Shown here in pieces: positions 39,617 through 47,900 of a DNA stretch of 56,523 nucleotides. Source of the DNA: Pseudomonadota bacterium (GTDB taxonomy: Bacteria > Desulfobacterota > Desulfobacteria > Desulfobacterales > JBDRRP01); contig JBDRRP010000083.1 of the NCBI GenBank assembly GCA_043825735.1, forward strand, positions 1 through 56,523, written 5' to 3'. The first letter of the stretch is position 1. Each line of letters opens with the position of its first letter. The notes under the pieces are model-generated. The model made no database searches and had not been told where the DNA came from. It was given only the letters and a program-made list of their open reading frames with translations. The position numbers and the translations under genes are program-made.

Positions 39617-39654
39617 CCCTCGCCCTTGATGGGAGAGGGCCGGGGTGAGGGTGA
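39617..39654. repeat. CCCTCTCCC/GGGAGAGGG-type palindromic REP-like element
   Basis: CCCTCGCCC-ttgat-GGGAGAGGG followed by CCGGGGTGAGGGTG. Confidence 0.6.
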
Positions 39655-39695
39655 CATCCCACAGATAACAAAAGACAATCCTATACCGCCCGCAA

Positions 39696-40619
39696 TCAAG
39701 GCGCGAGCATGGGACGGACGTCCACCCCCGTTGCGATGAGTCCTGCCGACAAGGCAAAATCGGCAAAGGCCTGCCAGCGCAGGGCGTCGCATTGCTGGGT
39801 CCTCGCGTAGTAGGGGGCGGTGAGCCGAAAGGCGGCGGTCTCGGTTTCCTTGTCTGCATCGGGCAGGGCCCGGAAGTAACCGGCCAGGGCCCGGTCCGGG
39901 TCTTTTTCGATCACCGAAATGGCCTCGGAAATTGCTGCCGAAAAATCCGACAAAACTTTTTTCCGTTTCTCCAGTGTGCCCGCACCCGTGACGAAAATCA
40001 GCTCGTCGTAGGCGGGGATGCCGTATTTTTCGAGTTCGAAGAATGCCGTAGCGATCCCCTTTTGCCCCATGGTCACCGTTTCATAGGTCTTGAACGGGCC
40101 CATCACCGCCGCCACCTGCCCGGTAGTGAGCGACTGGGCGATGGCAAAGCCCACATTCACCGCCAGGTAGTCCCGGATGCCGTTGATGTCGGCAAAGGCC
40201 TTAAGCATCACATCCATGAGGCCGGGTACAGTGTAGCCGATCTTCTTTCCGGAAAGATCCGAAGGTTTTTCGATGCCGCTATCCTTCAGGTAGAGCAGCG
40301 TGGTGAGCGGTGAGGCGACAAGCCGGCCCACCACCCGCACTGGGATTCCGCCGGCGGCGGCAATAATGGCCTGCGGCTGATAGCTGACAGCAAGATCCAC
40401 CTGCCCGGCGGCGGCAAGTTTGAGGGCATCGGCCGTGTCCGATGGACTCACCACCTCAACGCTGAGGCCCCGGGCGGTGAACATCCCCTCCTGCTGAGCC
40501 ACGTAAATGGGCAGATGATCGATGTTGGGAAACCAGTCGAGCATCAACGATAATTTTTCCGCGTGGGCCGGATGGGTCAGGGATGCCAGAATGGCTATGG
40601 TGAGCAGCAGTCTTTTCAT
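39696..40619 (-). CDS. ABC transporter substrate-binding protein, NMT1/THI5 (ThiY-like)
   Basis: Signal peptide, LDWFPNIDH, AVSYQP. TPP-riboswitch operon. Confidence 0.88.
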   Translation of the reverse strand: MKRLLLTIAILASLTHPAHAEKLSLMLDWFPNIDHLPIYVAQQEGMFTARGLSVEVVSPSDTADALKLAAAGQVDLAVSYQPQAIIAAAGGIPVRVVGRLVASPLTTLLYLKDSGIEKPSDLSGKKIGYTVPGLMDVMLKAFADINGIRDYLAVNVGFAIAQSLTTGQVAAVMGPFKTYETVTMGQKGIATAFFELEKYGIPAYDELIFVTGAGTLEKRKKVLSDFSAAISEAISVIEKDPDRALAGYFRALPDADKETETAAFRLTAPYYARTQQCDALRWQAFADFALSAGLIATGVDVRPMLAP

Positions 40620-40656
40620 TGATTGTCCTCCAGGTGCGGAAAAATTATATTAAAAT

Positions 40657-40684
40657 CTTCGCGAACTTCGTGCTCTTCGTGGTT
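40657..40684. repeat. Single arm of the periodic-unit element inside the ABC operon
   Basis: CTTCGCGAACTTCGTGCTCTTCGTGGTT, matching the right arm at 17273-17301. Confidence 0.65.
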
Positions 40685-40696
40685 CAATGCACCTGT

Positions 40697-41434
40697 TCAC
40701 CGCCACGTGATCACGCGGCGCTCGAGCCAGCCCACCAGGTACCACAGCCCCAGCCCCATGAGAGAAAGCCAGAGGATCGCGGCGAAAACCAGGTCCACCT
40801 TGAGCCGCGCGTTGGCCTGGATCATGAGATATCCCAGCCCCTGCTGGGCGCCCAGCCACTCACCGATCACCGCGCCGATGGTGGCCACCGACACGCCGAC
40901 TTTCAGCCCGGCAAAAAACTGCGGCAGCGCCCAGGGCCAGTACAGCCGCCGAAACGACTGCCAGAAGCCGGCCCCCATGAGGTGAAACAACTTGCGGTAG
41001 GCCGTATCGCAGCTTTTATATCCTTCCAGCAGGCTCACCGTGATCGGAAAAAAGATGATCACCGCGGCCATAAGCACTTTGCTGGCCATGCCGTACCCGA
41101 ACCAAACGACCAGAAGCGGCGCCACGGCAAAAACAGGCACCGCCTGAGAGCCTACCAAAAACGGAGACAAGGCCTTTTCAATTGTGGGCCGGGCAAACAT
41201 CACCGTGGCCAGCGGCACGGCCACAGCCAGGGCGAGCGCGATGCCGCCGGCAATCTCGGCGGCGGTCACCAGGGCGTGGGACGCCAGCAAGGGAGCGCGG
41301 CCCACCGCCGTTGCCAGGATCTGGGTGGGCACCGGCAGGATGTAGTCGGCAACGCCCAGATACCGGCAGGCGCCTTCCCAGACGGCAAGAACGATCAGTG
41401 CCAGCATGCCGGCCATCAGAGAGCTGCGGCTCAT
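40697..41434 (-). CDS. ABC transporter permease (ThiX/SsuC-like)
   Basis: SQAVPVFAVAPL, FFPITV, ALPQFFAGLK, IGEWLG..GLG. ATG overlaps the ATPase stop. Confidence 0.88.
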   Translation of the reverse strand: MSRSSLMAGMLALIVLAVWEGACRYLGVADYILPVPTQILATAVGRAPLLASHALVTAAEIAGGIALALAVAVPLATVMFARPTIEKALSPFLVGSQAVPVFAVAPLLVVWFGYGMASKVLMAAVIIFFPITVSLLEGYKSCDTAYRKLFHLMGAGFWQSFRRLYWPWALPQFFAGLKVGVSVATIGAVIGEWLGAQQGLGYLMIQANARLKVDLVFAAILWLSLMGLGLWYLVGWLERRVITWR

Positions 41435-42168
41435 GGCTGGGCCTCCTTTTGGAGTTCGTCCAGGATGCTTGCCTTCAGGGATATCAGATCGGGGTGGTCC
41501 AGGGGACGGGGTTTCGGCACGCCAACCTCGATCTCCCATACGATGCGCATGGGGCGGCCGCTGAGCACCACCACCGTATCGGCCAACAGCAGCGCCTCAT
41601 CCACGTCATGGGTGATCATCAGCACGGTTTTACCGAATTGGCTTTGAAGCAGCAGCAGTTGCGACTGGAGACTGCGGCGGGTAATGGCATCCAGCGCGGA
41701 CAGCGGCTCATCCAGAAGCACCAGGTCCCGATTGAACATGAGGGTGCGCACCAGCGCACACCGCTGCCGCATGCCGCCGGAGACCGCCCGCGGCAGGTAT
41801 CCCTCAAACCCGGCAAGCCCGAACAGCTCGAAAAGCGCGCACGCCTCCAGCCGGCACCGATCATCATCGCGCCCGGACACCGTCGCCGGCAGCAAGGCGT
41901 TTTCCAGAAGAGAAAGCCATGGCAGCAGCAGGTCGTTTTGCTGCATGTAGGCGGCCGCCTGTCCCAAATGCGCCATCGTCTGCCCTGTCCACTGGATGGT
42001 GCCGGCCTGCGGGGCGACAACACCGGTCAGCACATCCAGGAGTGTGGTTTTACCACAGCCCGACGGCCCCACCATCACGGTGAATCCGCCAACGGGCAGT
42101 TCCAGATCGAACCCGCTGAAGACGAGAAGATCGCCAAAGCGTTTTTCAAGACCTGACAGGCTGAGCAT
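41431..42168 (-). CDS. ABC transporter ATP-binding protein (ThiZ/SsuB-like)
   Basis: GPSGCGKTT, VSGGMRQR, LLDEP, ITHDVDEA. Confidence 0.9.
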   Translation of the reverse strand: MLSLSGLEKRFGDLLVFSGFDLELPVGGFTVMVGPSGCGKTTLLDVLTGVVAPQAGTIQWTGQTMAHLGQAAAYMQQNDLLLPWLSLLENALLPATVSGRDDDRCRLEACALFELFGLAGFEGYLPRAVSGGMRQRCALVRTLMFNRDLVLLDEPLSALDAITRRSLQSQLLLLQSQFGKTVLMITHDVDEALLLADTVVVLSGRPMRIVWEIEVGVPKPRPLDHPDLISLKASILDELQKEAQP

Positions 42169-42237
42169 CGATGCGCGGCTTTCGCAGCGGAAATCACGGC
42201 GGCAAGAAATAACGGCGGGCAACGGTGGGGTTGTGGC

Positions 42238-42335
42238 CGTCACTTTCCTTCGCCGGTATGATCCGGATCAGGTTCAAGGGGTCGAAACGATGGTGCTTCC
42301 TCTCAGCCGCCCGCTGACGGCTCCCCCAGTGACGC
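42238..42335 (-). ncRNA. TPP riboswitch
   Basis: Minus strand GTCACTGGGGGAGCC..GGCTGAGAGG..GACCCCTTGAACCTGATCCGGATCATACCGGCGAAGGAAAGTGAC. Confidence 0.95.
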
Positions 42336-42850
42336 CTATGTGGTTACCACCAAGCCGGCGGCATGTCAAAACGCTTTCTACCGCCGATTTGGAAAGTTGT
42401 TATGCCCGCAGATCTCGGAGACAGACGATGTTGCGGAATTGCCGCCATGCGAAGGCCTAAAATGCGGATAACCTCAGTGCCGAAAAACGTGACAGCCGTT
42501 ATAACAGGATAAATTCCGGCAAAAGCCGCCTGCAAGGTGCCTGCATAGTTTTAGGTTCCAGTGTAAAGCGTTGAAATCTTGTTTAATTGGTGTATACTGA
42601 AAGCTCTTCCTGGCGCTGCTGTTTACATCAAATCAATAATTGGCTCGAAAAACACGCCAATAACAGTTAATAATGTTATGTGCAGATAATTATATATCAT
42701 GCTAAACGAAGGAATCGCAATGTTTTTATGCCCTCTAAACTTACTCCAGAAGGAATAAAAGCAAGGAAGAATTTATTGATATGTACATGCATATTTATAG
42801 GTTTGGTCCTTTTACCTTTCCTTTTTTCTAATCTTACATAAATTGCACAT

Positions 42851-42895
42851 AATCGGGTAGCCGGGGGGTTTTATCCCCCCAGCCCCCACACCACC
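42851..42895 (-). mobile_element. Group IIC intron 3'-end relic (half of DV plus DVI)
   Basis: Minus strand GGTGGTGTGGGGGCTGGGGGGATAAAACCCCCCGGCTACCCGATT, abutting an attC R''-like TGCACATAA. Confidence 0.75.
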
Positions 42896-42941
42896 TAGTG
42901 TATAAACTTCATACACGTTAACTCTTAGATTAAGGGAAGCT

Positions 42942-43466
42942 ATGTTAAGAGAAGAAATTCTAAAATATTTGCATATCTTGAATGAAAAACTTAAGCAGCA
43001 AAATGTAAAAGGCGAAATTTGCTTGTATGGTGGAGCCGTTATGTGCCTCGTATTCGATGCGAGACCAAGTACAAAAGATGTTGACGCAATTTTTCACCCT
43101 GCTGAAATTATACGAAAGGCTGCAAAAGAGATTTCAAATGATTATGAATTGGTAGACGATTGGTTGAATGATGGCGTTAAAGGTTTTCTGGTCGATCATC
43201 CAAAAAAAGTATTTCTGAATTTGTCTCATCTCATAGTTATGGTTGCCGATTCGGAATATATGCTTGCGATGAAATCACTTTCAGCCAGAATTGACGGAAC
43301 TGATAGTAAAGATATTGAATTTTTAATCAAAGAATTGAATATCAAATCAGCTGATGAAGTGTTTAGAATAATAGACAAATACTATCCCCGTAAAATAATC
43401 AGGCCCGCGACTCAATTTTTTTTGGAGGAAGTTTTTGATGAAATACAAAACAATTCAAGAGACTAA
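42942..43466 (+). CDS. Nucleotidyltransferase (DUF6036-like), putative TA component
   Basis: LYGGAVM..RPSTKDVD (Pol-beta NTase GG and DxD), WLND, YMLAMK..SAR..D. Low GC. Confidence 0.8.
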   Translation: MLREEILKYLHILNEKLKQQNVKGEICLYGGAVMCLVFDARPSTKDVDAIFHPAEIIRKAAKEISNDYELVDDWLNDGVKGFLVDHPKKVFLNLSHLIVMVADSEYMLAMKSLSARIDGTDSKDIEFLIKELNIKSADEVFRIIDKYYPRKIIRPATQFFLEEVFDEIQNNSRD

Positions 43467-43797
43467 GGCAGCTATGTTAAAGAGTGGCAATAATTGGCGG
43501 ATTCCATTTATGGAATTTGTTGATGATTTTAGACGAATACGCGACCATAGTCTAATTGAAAAACCTTTTGATTTGAGTAATGAAAAATTCGATTCTATAT
43601 TAGCCTCGACAATAGAGTATTTGTGTAATGAAATAGGAATTGAGACCCCAGGTTGGATTTGGGATGTTCCTTCTTGTAAAGAACCATGGTTTGTTTCTGG
43701 ATATGAGAATTTAAAAGCGATATCAATAGCAGAGAGTCCTGCGTTTTTTCGAAGAAGAAAAATATTTGTATTGGAAAATTTTCTTTCAAGAGTGTAG
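43438..43797 (+). CDS. Hypothetical protein, overlapping partner of the NTase
   Basis: GGAGG RBS, 29-nt overlap with the NTase gene, C-terminal PWF..ESP..FRRRKIF. Low GC. Confidence 0.75.
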   Translation: MKYKTIQETKAAMLKSGNNWRIPFMEFVDDFRRIRDHSLIEKPFDLSNEKFDSILASTIEYLCNEIGIETPGWIWDVPSCKEPWFVSGYENLKAISIAESPAFFRRRKIFVLENFLSRV

Positions 43798-43814
43798 CTA
43801 ATTACCGAGGGCAT

Positions 43815-43864
43815 GCCGAACCAACGAATACAGCCGACGCAAAAATCACGCGGCTGATTTAGGC
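43815..43864 (+). other. attC-like site (degenerate)
   Basis: GCCGAAC-caacgaata-CAGCCGACGC..GCGGCTG-at-TTAGGC. Confidence 0.65.
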
Positions 43865-43903
43865 GCACTTAAACTAACATATCTTATGCCAATATGAGGA
43901 TAA

Positions 43904-44224
43904 ATGAAATATTTCTATCTGTTGCTATCAATTGGTTTTAATGTGGCATCATATACACTATATAAAGGCATTTCAAACAGGCAGAGCAACGCCATCTGGT
44001 ATTTACTCCTTCTATCGGGTCTGGCACTGGGTGGAATAAACGTACTCTTTTTCACCAAGGCTCTGAAAGGGATACAATTGAATGTTGCATATCCCGTGTT
44101 TTCTGGAGCATGCATACTTTCCATAGCACTCATATCCAGCATAATATTTGGTGAAAGAATGAGCGCCGCGAATATCGCGGGTGCTGTGGTTGTCGTTATC
44201 GGAATTACGTTGTTGTCAATTTAG
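43904..44224 (+). CDS. Small multidrug resistance (SMR/DMT)-like 4-TM protein
   Basis: 106 aa with four TM helices, AL..I.LNVAYPV, FGE..S...I.G. Low GC. Confidence 0.82.
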   Translation: MKYFYLLLSIGFNVASYTLYKGISNRQSNAIWYLLLLSGLALGGINVLFFTKALKGIQLNVAYPVFSGACILSIALISSIIFGERMSAANIAGAVVVVIGITLLSI

Positions 44225-44234
44225 ATCTGCTTTC

Positions 44235-44353
44235 ACATATCATTTGTTTGCACCGGACCGCATATCGCCGCTGCAGGTCTTGAGTTAGGCGGCCTTGGCA
44301 AAATCATCATTAATCAACCATCGGCGTAGCGGCCGGTGAAACTGGTGTTAGGG
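44235..44353 (+). other. attC-like site
   Basis: TTGCACCGGACCGC..GCGGCCGGTGAA arms with two unpaired bases. R' GTTAGGG at 44347, R'' degenerate (ACATATC). Confidence 0.75.
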
Positions 44354-44382
44354 CGTAAATAGAACTCAGAAGGGGAGAGAAA

Positions 44383-45384
44383 GTGCATACTGACGAACTA
44401 CTAAGCAAATCGCGGTCGGGCGATGTGCTGTCTAAAAGAGAACTCGTTTACCTGCTTGGCCTGGCGCCCGATTCCGCTGAAACATACATGCTCATGGCTG
44501 AAGCAACCCGTCTTTCGAAAGACCTGTCAGACGGCAAGGCTGAAGTGCATGCACAGTTTGCGATCAACCTTGCGCCGTGTCCCTGCGACTGCCTTTTCTG
44601 CTCTTTCGCGAAAATCAACGGTGTCTTCACCGAAACAACGGAGATCACTCCAGAACAAGCCATGGCCTACGCCCGCCAGTTTGAGACGGATGGTGCGAAT
44701 GCCGTATTCATGATGTCAACGGCAAAGTACCCCTTTGAACGCTTCATCGAAATGTCTGCGGAAGTCAGGAAATGCCTGAAGCCGGAAACGACATTGATTG
44801 CCAATGTCGGTGACCAGACACTCAAGAATTCTGTCAAGCTTAAGGATGCCGGCTTTTCCGGTGTGTATCACGCCGTTCGCCTGCGTGAAGGAACGGACAC
44901 TACCCTTTCAATGGAAAAGCGAAAAAAGAGTATCGGATATTTCAAAGAAGCCGGGCTCGAGGTCGGAACATGCGTTGAACCCGTCGGGCCGGAACATACT
45001 AACGAGGAGCTGGCTGAAATGATAGCATTCACGGCTTCCATCAACCCTTCATACAGCGGTGCCGCCAGACGTATCCCCATACCCGGCACCACGATAGCTA
45101 AACGTGGGGTAATCAGCGAACTGCGCATGGCGCAGATCGTGGCCGTTACCCGGTTGGGAATGCCGCGATCGGTGATGGGTAACTGTACGCATGAACCTTG
45201 CACGCTCGGTGCGATCGCCGGAGCAAATCTTTTCTGGGCGGAAGTCGGCGCCAATCCCCGGGATATCGAGGAAAAGACGGAAAAAGGCAGAGGCGAAACC
45301 ACTGGTAGCTGCCAGTCAATTTTTCGTGAAAGCAATTGGGACATCTGGAGCGGTCCTTCACGTTACTATGACGGCACCAGATAG
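44383..45384 (+). CDS. Radical SAM protein (BioB/HydE-like superfamily, function unknown)
   Basis: CPCDCLFC = CX3CX2C. GGGGAG RBS. Confidence 0.88.
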   Translation: MHTDELLSKSRSGDVLSKRELVYLLGLAPDSAETYMLMAEATRLSKDLSDGKAEVHAQFAINLAPCPCDCLFCSFAKINGVFTETTEITPEQAMAYARQFETDGANAVFMMSTAKYPFERFIEMSAEVRKCLKPETTLIANVGDQTLKNSVKLKDAGFSGVYHAVRLREGTDTTLSMEKRKKSIGYFKEAGLEVGTCVEPVGPEHTNEELAEMIAFTASINPSYSGAARRIPIPGTTIAKRGVISELRMAQIVAVTRLGMPRSVMGNCTHEPCTLGAIAGANLFWAEVGANPRDIEEKTEKGRGETTGSCQSIFRESNWDIWSGPSRYYDGTR

Positions 45385-45391
45385 AGAACCC

Positions 45392-45450
45392 ATCGAACAT
45401 GGCCAATTCTGCCGATGACACCAACCGCGCGGCGGACCAGCGGCGCCCGG
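45392..45450 (+). other. attC-like site (strongly degenerate)
   Basis: ATCGAAC..TCTGCCGATG..CGCGGCGGA-ccagcggc-GCCCGG. Same layout as 43815-43864, GTT lost. Confidence 0.5.
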
Positions 45451-45493
45451 CAACCAGATTTCACAAAGTCCAATCTATTTTTCGGAAACGTCA

Positions 45494-46357
45494 ATGAACT
45501 CAGAGCAAATCACCTTAGACAGCACTTTTTCTCATCGTGTCTTGCCCGTCATTAACAAACGGGTCTTCCGGATGGGTGTCGCCGGCAATTACGGGATCGA
45601 TTCTTCCGATGTGGAATGGGCCGCAGAGCACGGATTCAATTACTGGGTGACCGGTGCCAGCTACAAAAAGGTTAAAGCCGGCATAAAAACAGTCATCGGA
45701 AAGGACAGGGAGAATCATGTGGTGGCCCTGCTGGGATGGGGGTTCTTTGGCTGGCAGGTCCGTCGCAATGTCGAAAAAGCGCTGCGCGAGCTAGACACCG
45801 ATTACCTGGACGTTTTCAAACTCGGGTGGCTGGGTCGAATGTCGGCTTACACCGGCGGTATCGTGGATACCTTGTTGAAACTCAAGCAGGAAGGAAAAAT
45901 CAAGGCGATCGGCACCAGCATCCATGATCGGCAGCGGGCCGGGCAACTGGCACTGGCCTCGGCGATCGACCTATTCATGATCCGATACAATGCCAAGCAC
46001 ACCGGCGCAGAAGAGGACATTTTTCCCTATCTTGAAAAACGGAACCCTTGCGTGGTCAGCTATACGGCGCTGGCCTGGCAGCAGCTGATCAATCCCGTGA
46101 AAGGGATTGAAATGGCCCCCTGGCCCGGGGCCCCGCAAGAGACCGCGATACCGCCGCTGACGCCCGCGCTCTGTTATCGGTTCGTGTTATCGAACCCACA
46201 TGTCCATCTGGTGCTGACCGGTCCCAAGGACAGAAAACAACTTGAAATGAACTTCAGATCGATGCAGCAAGGGGCGTTGACGCCGGAAGAATCCGACTGG
46301 ATACGGCAATATGGGAAAAAAATCAGGTCCAAGCGACGATTGGATTACGTCAGGTAG
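45494..46357 (+). CDS. Aldo/keto reductase family protein
   Basis: LRELDTDYLD, LKQEGKIKAIGTS, RYN, RFVLSNPHV..VLTG. Confidence 0.85.
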   Translation: MNSEQITLDSTFSHRVLPVINKRVFRMGVAGNYGIDSSDVEWAAEHGFNYWVTGASYKKVKAGIKTVIGKDRENHVVALLGWGFFGWQVRRNVEKALRELDTDYLDVFKLGWLGRMSAYTGGIVDTLLKLKQEGKIKAIGTSIHDRQRAGQLALASAIDLFMIRYNAKHTGAEEDIFPYLEKRNPCVVSYTALAWQQLINPVKGIEMAPWPGAPQETAIPPLTPALCYRFVLSNPHVHLVLTGPKDRKQLEMNFRSMQQGALTPEESDWIRQYGKKIRSKRRLDYVR

Positions 46358-46409
46358 GAGGTTCAATAATTTTACCTGATAGATGCAGACTCATTAAACG
46401 GAGATCGCT

Positions 46410-46805
46410 ATGTCTGTGCGTGTTTTGAGACTGGGCAGTGACCGGGTAGGAGACGAGGGCCTTCGCATCGGAACCGTCCGTCGTCCGCCTAGGGGCGTGC
46501 CAAAAACGGCGTTCAGTTCACAGAACTGGTATGACACCTGGCTGCCGAACCTGTCGCCAAGCGTCGAAACGATGAAATTCGGGCAGAACGCAAAAACAGA
46601 CAAGGAATGGCTTGCGTTCGAGAAGAAGTACCGGGCGGAAATGGCCGCGCCTGAAAACGCCCGGATCCTGGAACTGCTGGCAGCGCTGTCTCATCAAACG
46701 GACTTCTCGGTGGGGTGTTACTGTGAAAACGAGGCGCGCTGCCATCGGTCGGTGCTGAAAAAGCTGCTTGCGGAGAAGGGGGCCAAAATGGCGCCTGCAG
46801 AGTAA
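46410..46805 (+). CDS. DUF488 family protein
   Basis: VRRPPRGV, WLPNLSPS, F.KKYRAEM, CYCENEARCHRSVL. Confidence 0.88.
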   Translation: MSVRVLRLGSDRVGDEGLRIGTVRRPPRGVPKTAFSSQNWYDTWLPNLSPSVETMKFGQNAKTDKEWLAFEKKYRAEMAAPENARILELLAALSHQTDFSVGCYCENEARCHRSVLKKLLAEKGAKMAPAE

Positions 46806-46830
46806 AAATGGACGAGCGGCAGAATGGGAC

Positions 46831-46945
46831 GCGGATGAACGCAGATAAACGCTGATAGAAAATGGCGGCCTGCGGCCGAAGGGCAACTGCAAGATCGAAT
46901 TGACCGCAGATTACGCGGATTACGCAGATTGGCGGCCTGCGGCCG
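46831..46945. repeat. Composite intergenic repeat, copy 2
   Basis: 9-nt periodic CGCAGATTA/CGCGGATTA units plus two CGGCCTGCGGCCG hairpins. Homologous to 5901-5998. Confidence 0.7.
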
Positions 46946-46968
46946 GACTTCAAGGGCAACACCGGTTG

Positions 46969-47088
46969 CTCGCGCAGAGGCGCTGAGACACAGAGAAAAA
47001 CGACAGATCTATCAATATTTGGTCTTGGACCGAAGGCCGACATCAAATCGGGTTCTCGGTGTTCTCTGTGCCTTGGCGTCTCTGCGAG
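46969..47088. repeat. Periodic-unit inverted repeat element
   Basis: CTCGCGCAGAGGCGCTGAGACACAGAGAA / TTCTCTGTGCCTTGGCGTCTCTGCGAG. Confidence 0.75.
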
Positions 47089-47117
47089 TAAATTGGGTTT
47101 TGACCGTAGCAGGGCAA

Positions 47118-47882
47118 TCACAGAATAGGGATCCGCATCGACTTTTCCATCTCGCGCCACGTCCAGGGAATGTTTTGGCCGATGGCTTCCGGGCCGGACC
47201 AGGGCCAGCCGGCGGGAATCGGTGCGTTAAGTAAAATCGGAGCCTTCGTCGTAGGATGGGTCACCCCCAAGTGCCGGGCCAACAGGGCGATCTGAGCATT
47301 GGGCAGGGGAGCGGGCGCCCCGTAGCGCAGATCCCCCAAAATGGGGTGGCCGATGGCGGCGAGCTGGGCGCGGATCTGGTGGCGGCGGCCGGTGTGAAGG
47401 GAAACGGCCACCAGCGATCGATCGAAAGATTCGCCCAACCGGCGGTAGGTCAGGCGTGCGGCCTGGGCGCCGTCGGAGTCCGGCTCGGCCACGCGGCTCG
47501 AGGCGCCGTCGCGCACCAGATGGTGGGCCAACTCCCCGGATTCGGTTTCCAGGCGGCCGTGAACCACGGCCAGGTAGTCCTTGGTCACCCGGCGCTCCCG
47601 GAACTGAGCGCTGAGACGCGCCGCTGCCTTGGAGGTGCGGGCAAAGAGCACCACCCCGGCCACGGGGCGATCGAGCCGGTGCACGAGGCCTAAAAAAACC
47701 TGCCCCGGTTTGGCGTAGCGCGCCTTGAGCCAGGACTTTCCCAGATCGAGCAGGCACGGGTCGCCGGTGCGGTCTCCTTGCACCAGCAACCCGGCTGGTT
47801 TATAGAGTCCCAAAAGGTGGTTGTCCTCGTAGAGGACGGGCCAGCGATGGGTGAAGAACGGGATGTCGGCAGAATCGATCAT
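47118..47882 (-). CDS. RluA-family pseudouridine synthase
   Basis: LYEDNH..KPAGL, VHRLDRPVAG, KDYLA, TGRRHQIR, PILGD..YG. Confidence 0.92.
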   Translation of the reverse strand: MIDSADIPFFTHRWPVLYEDNHLLGLYKPAGLLVQGDRTGDPCLLDLGKSWLKARYAKPGQVFLGLVHRLDRPVAGVVLFARTSKAAARLSAQFRERRVTKDYLAVVHGRLETESGELAHHLVRDGASSRVAEPDSDGAQAARLTYRRLGESFDRSLVAVSLHTGRRHQIRAQLAAIGHPILGDLRYGAPAPLPNAQIALLARHLGVTHPTTKAPILLNAPIPAGWPWSGPEAIGQNIPWTWREMEKSMRIPIL

Positions 47883-47900
47883 AAAGCCCCAGAGGTGCAG

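Larger units (their letters stand above)
42580..45450 (+). mobile_element. Decayed integron cassette array without integrase (CALIN-like)
   Basis: AT-rich, co-oriented unrelated genes separated by attC-like imperfect inverted repeats (R' at 42675, 43815-43864, 44235-44353, 45392-45450). Confidence 0.7.

Noticed and set aside
42685..42843. Gene inside the first AT-rich cassette
   Set aside because: Only very short ORFs. Treated as decayed or non-coding.
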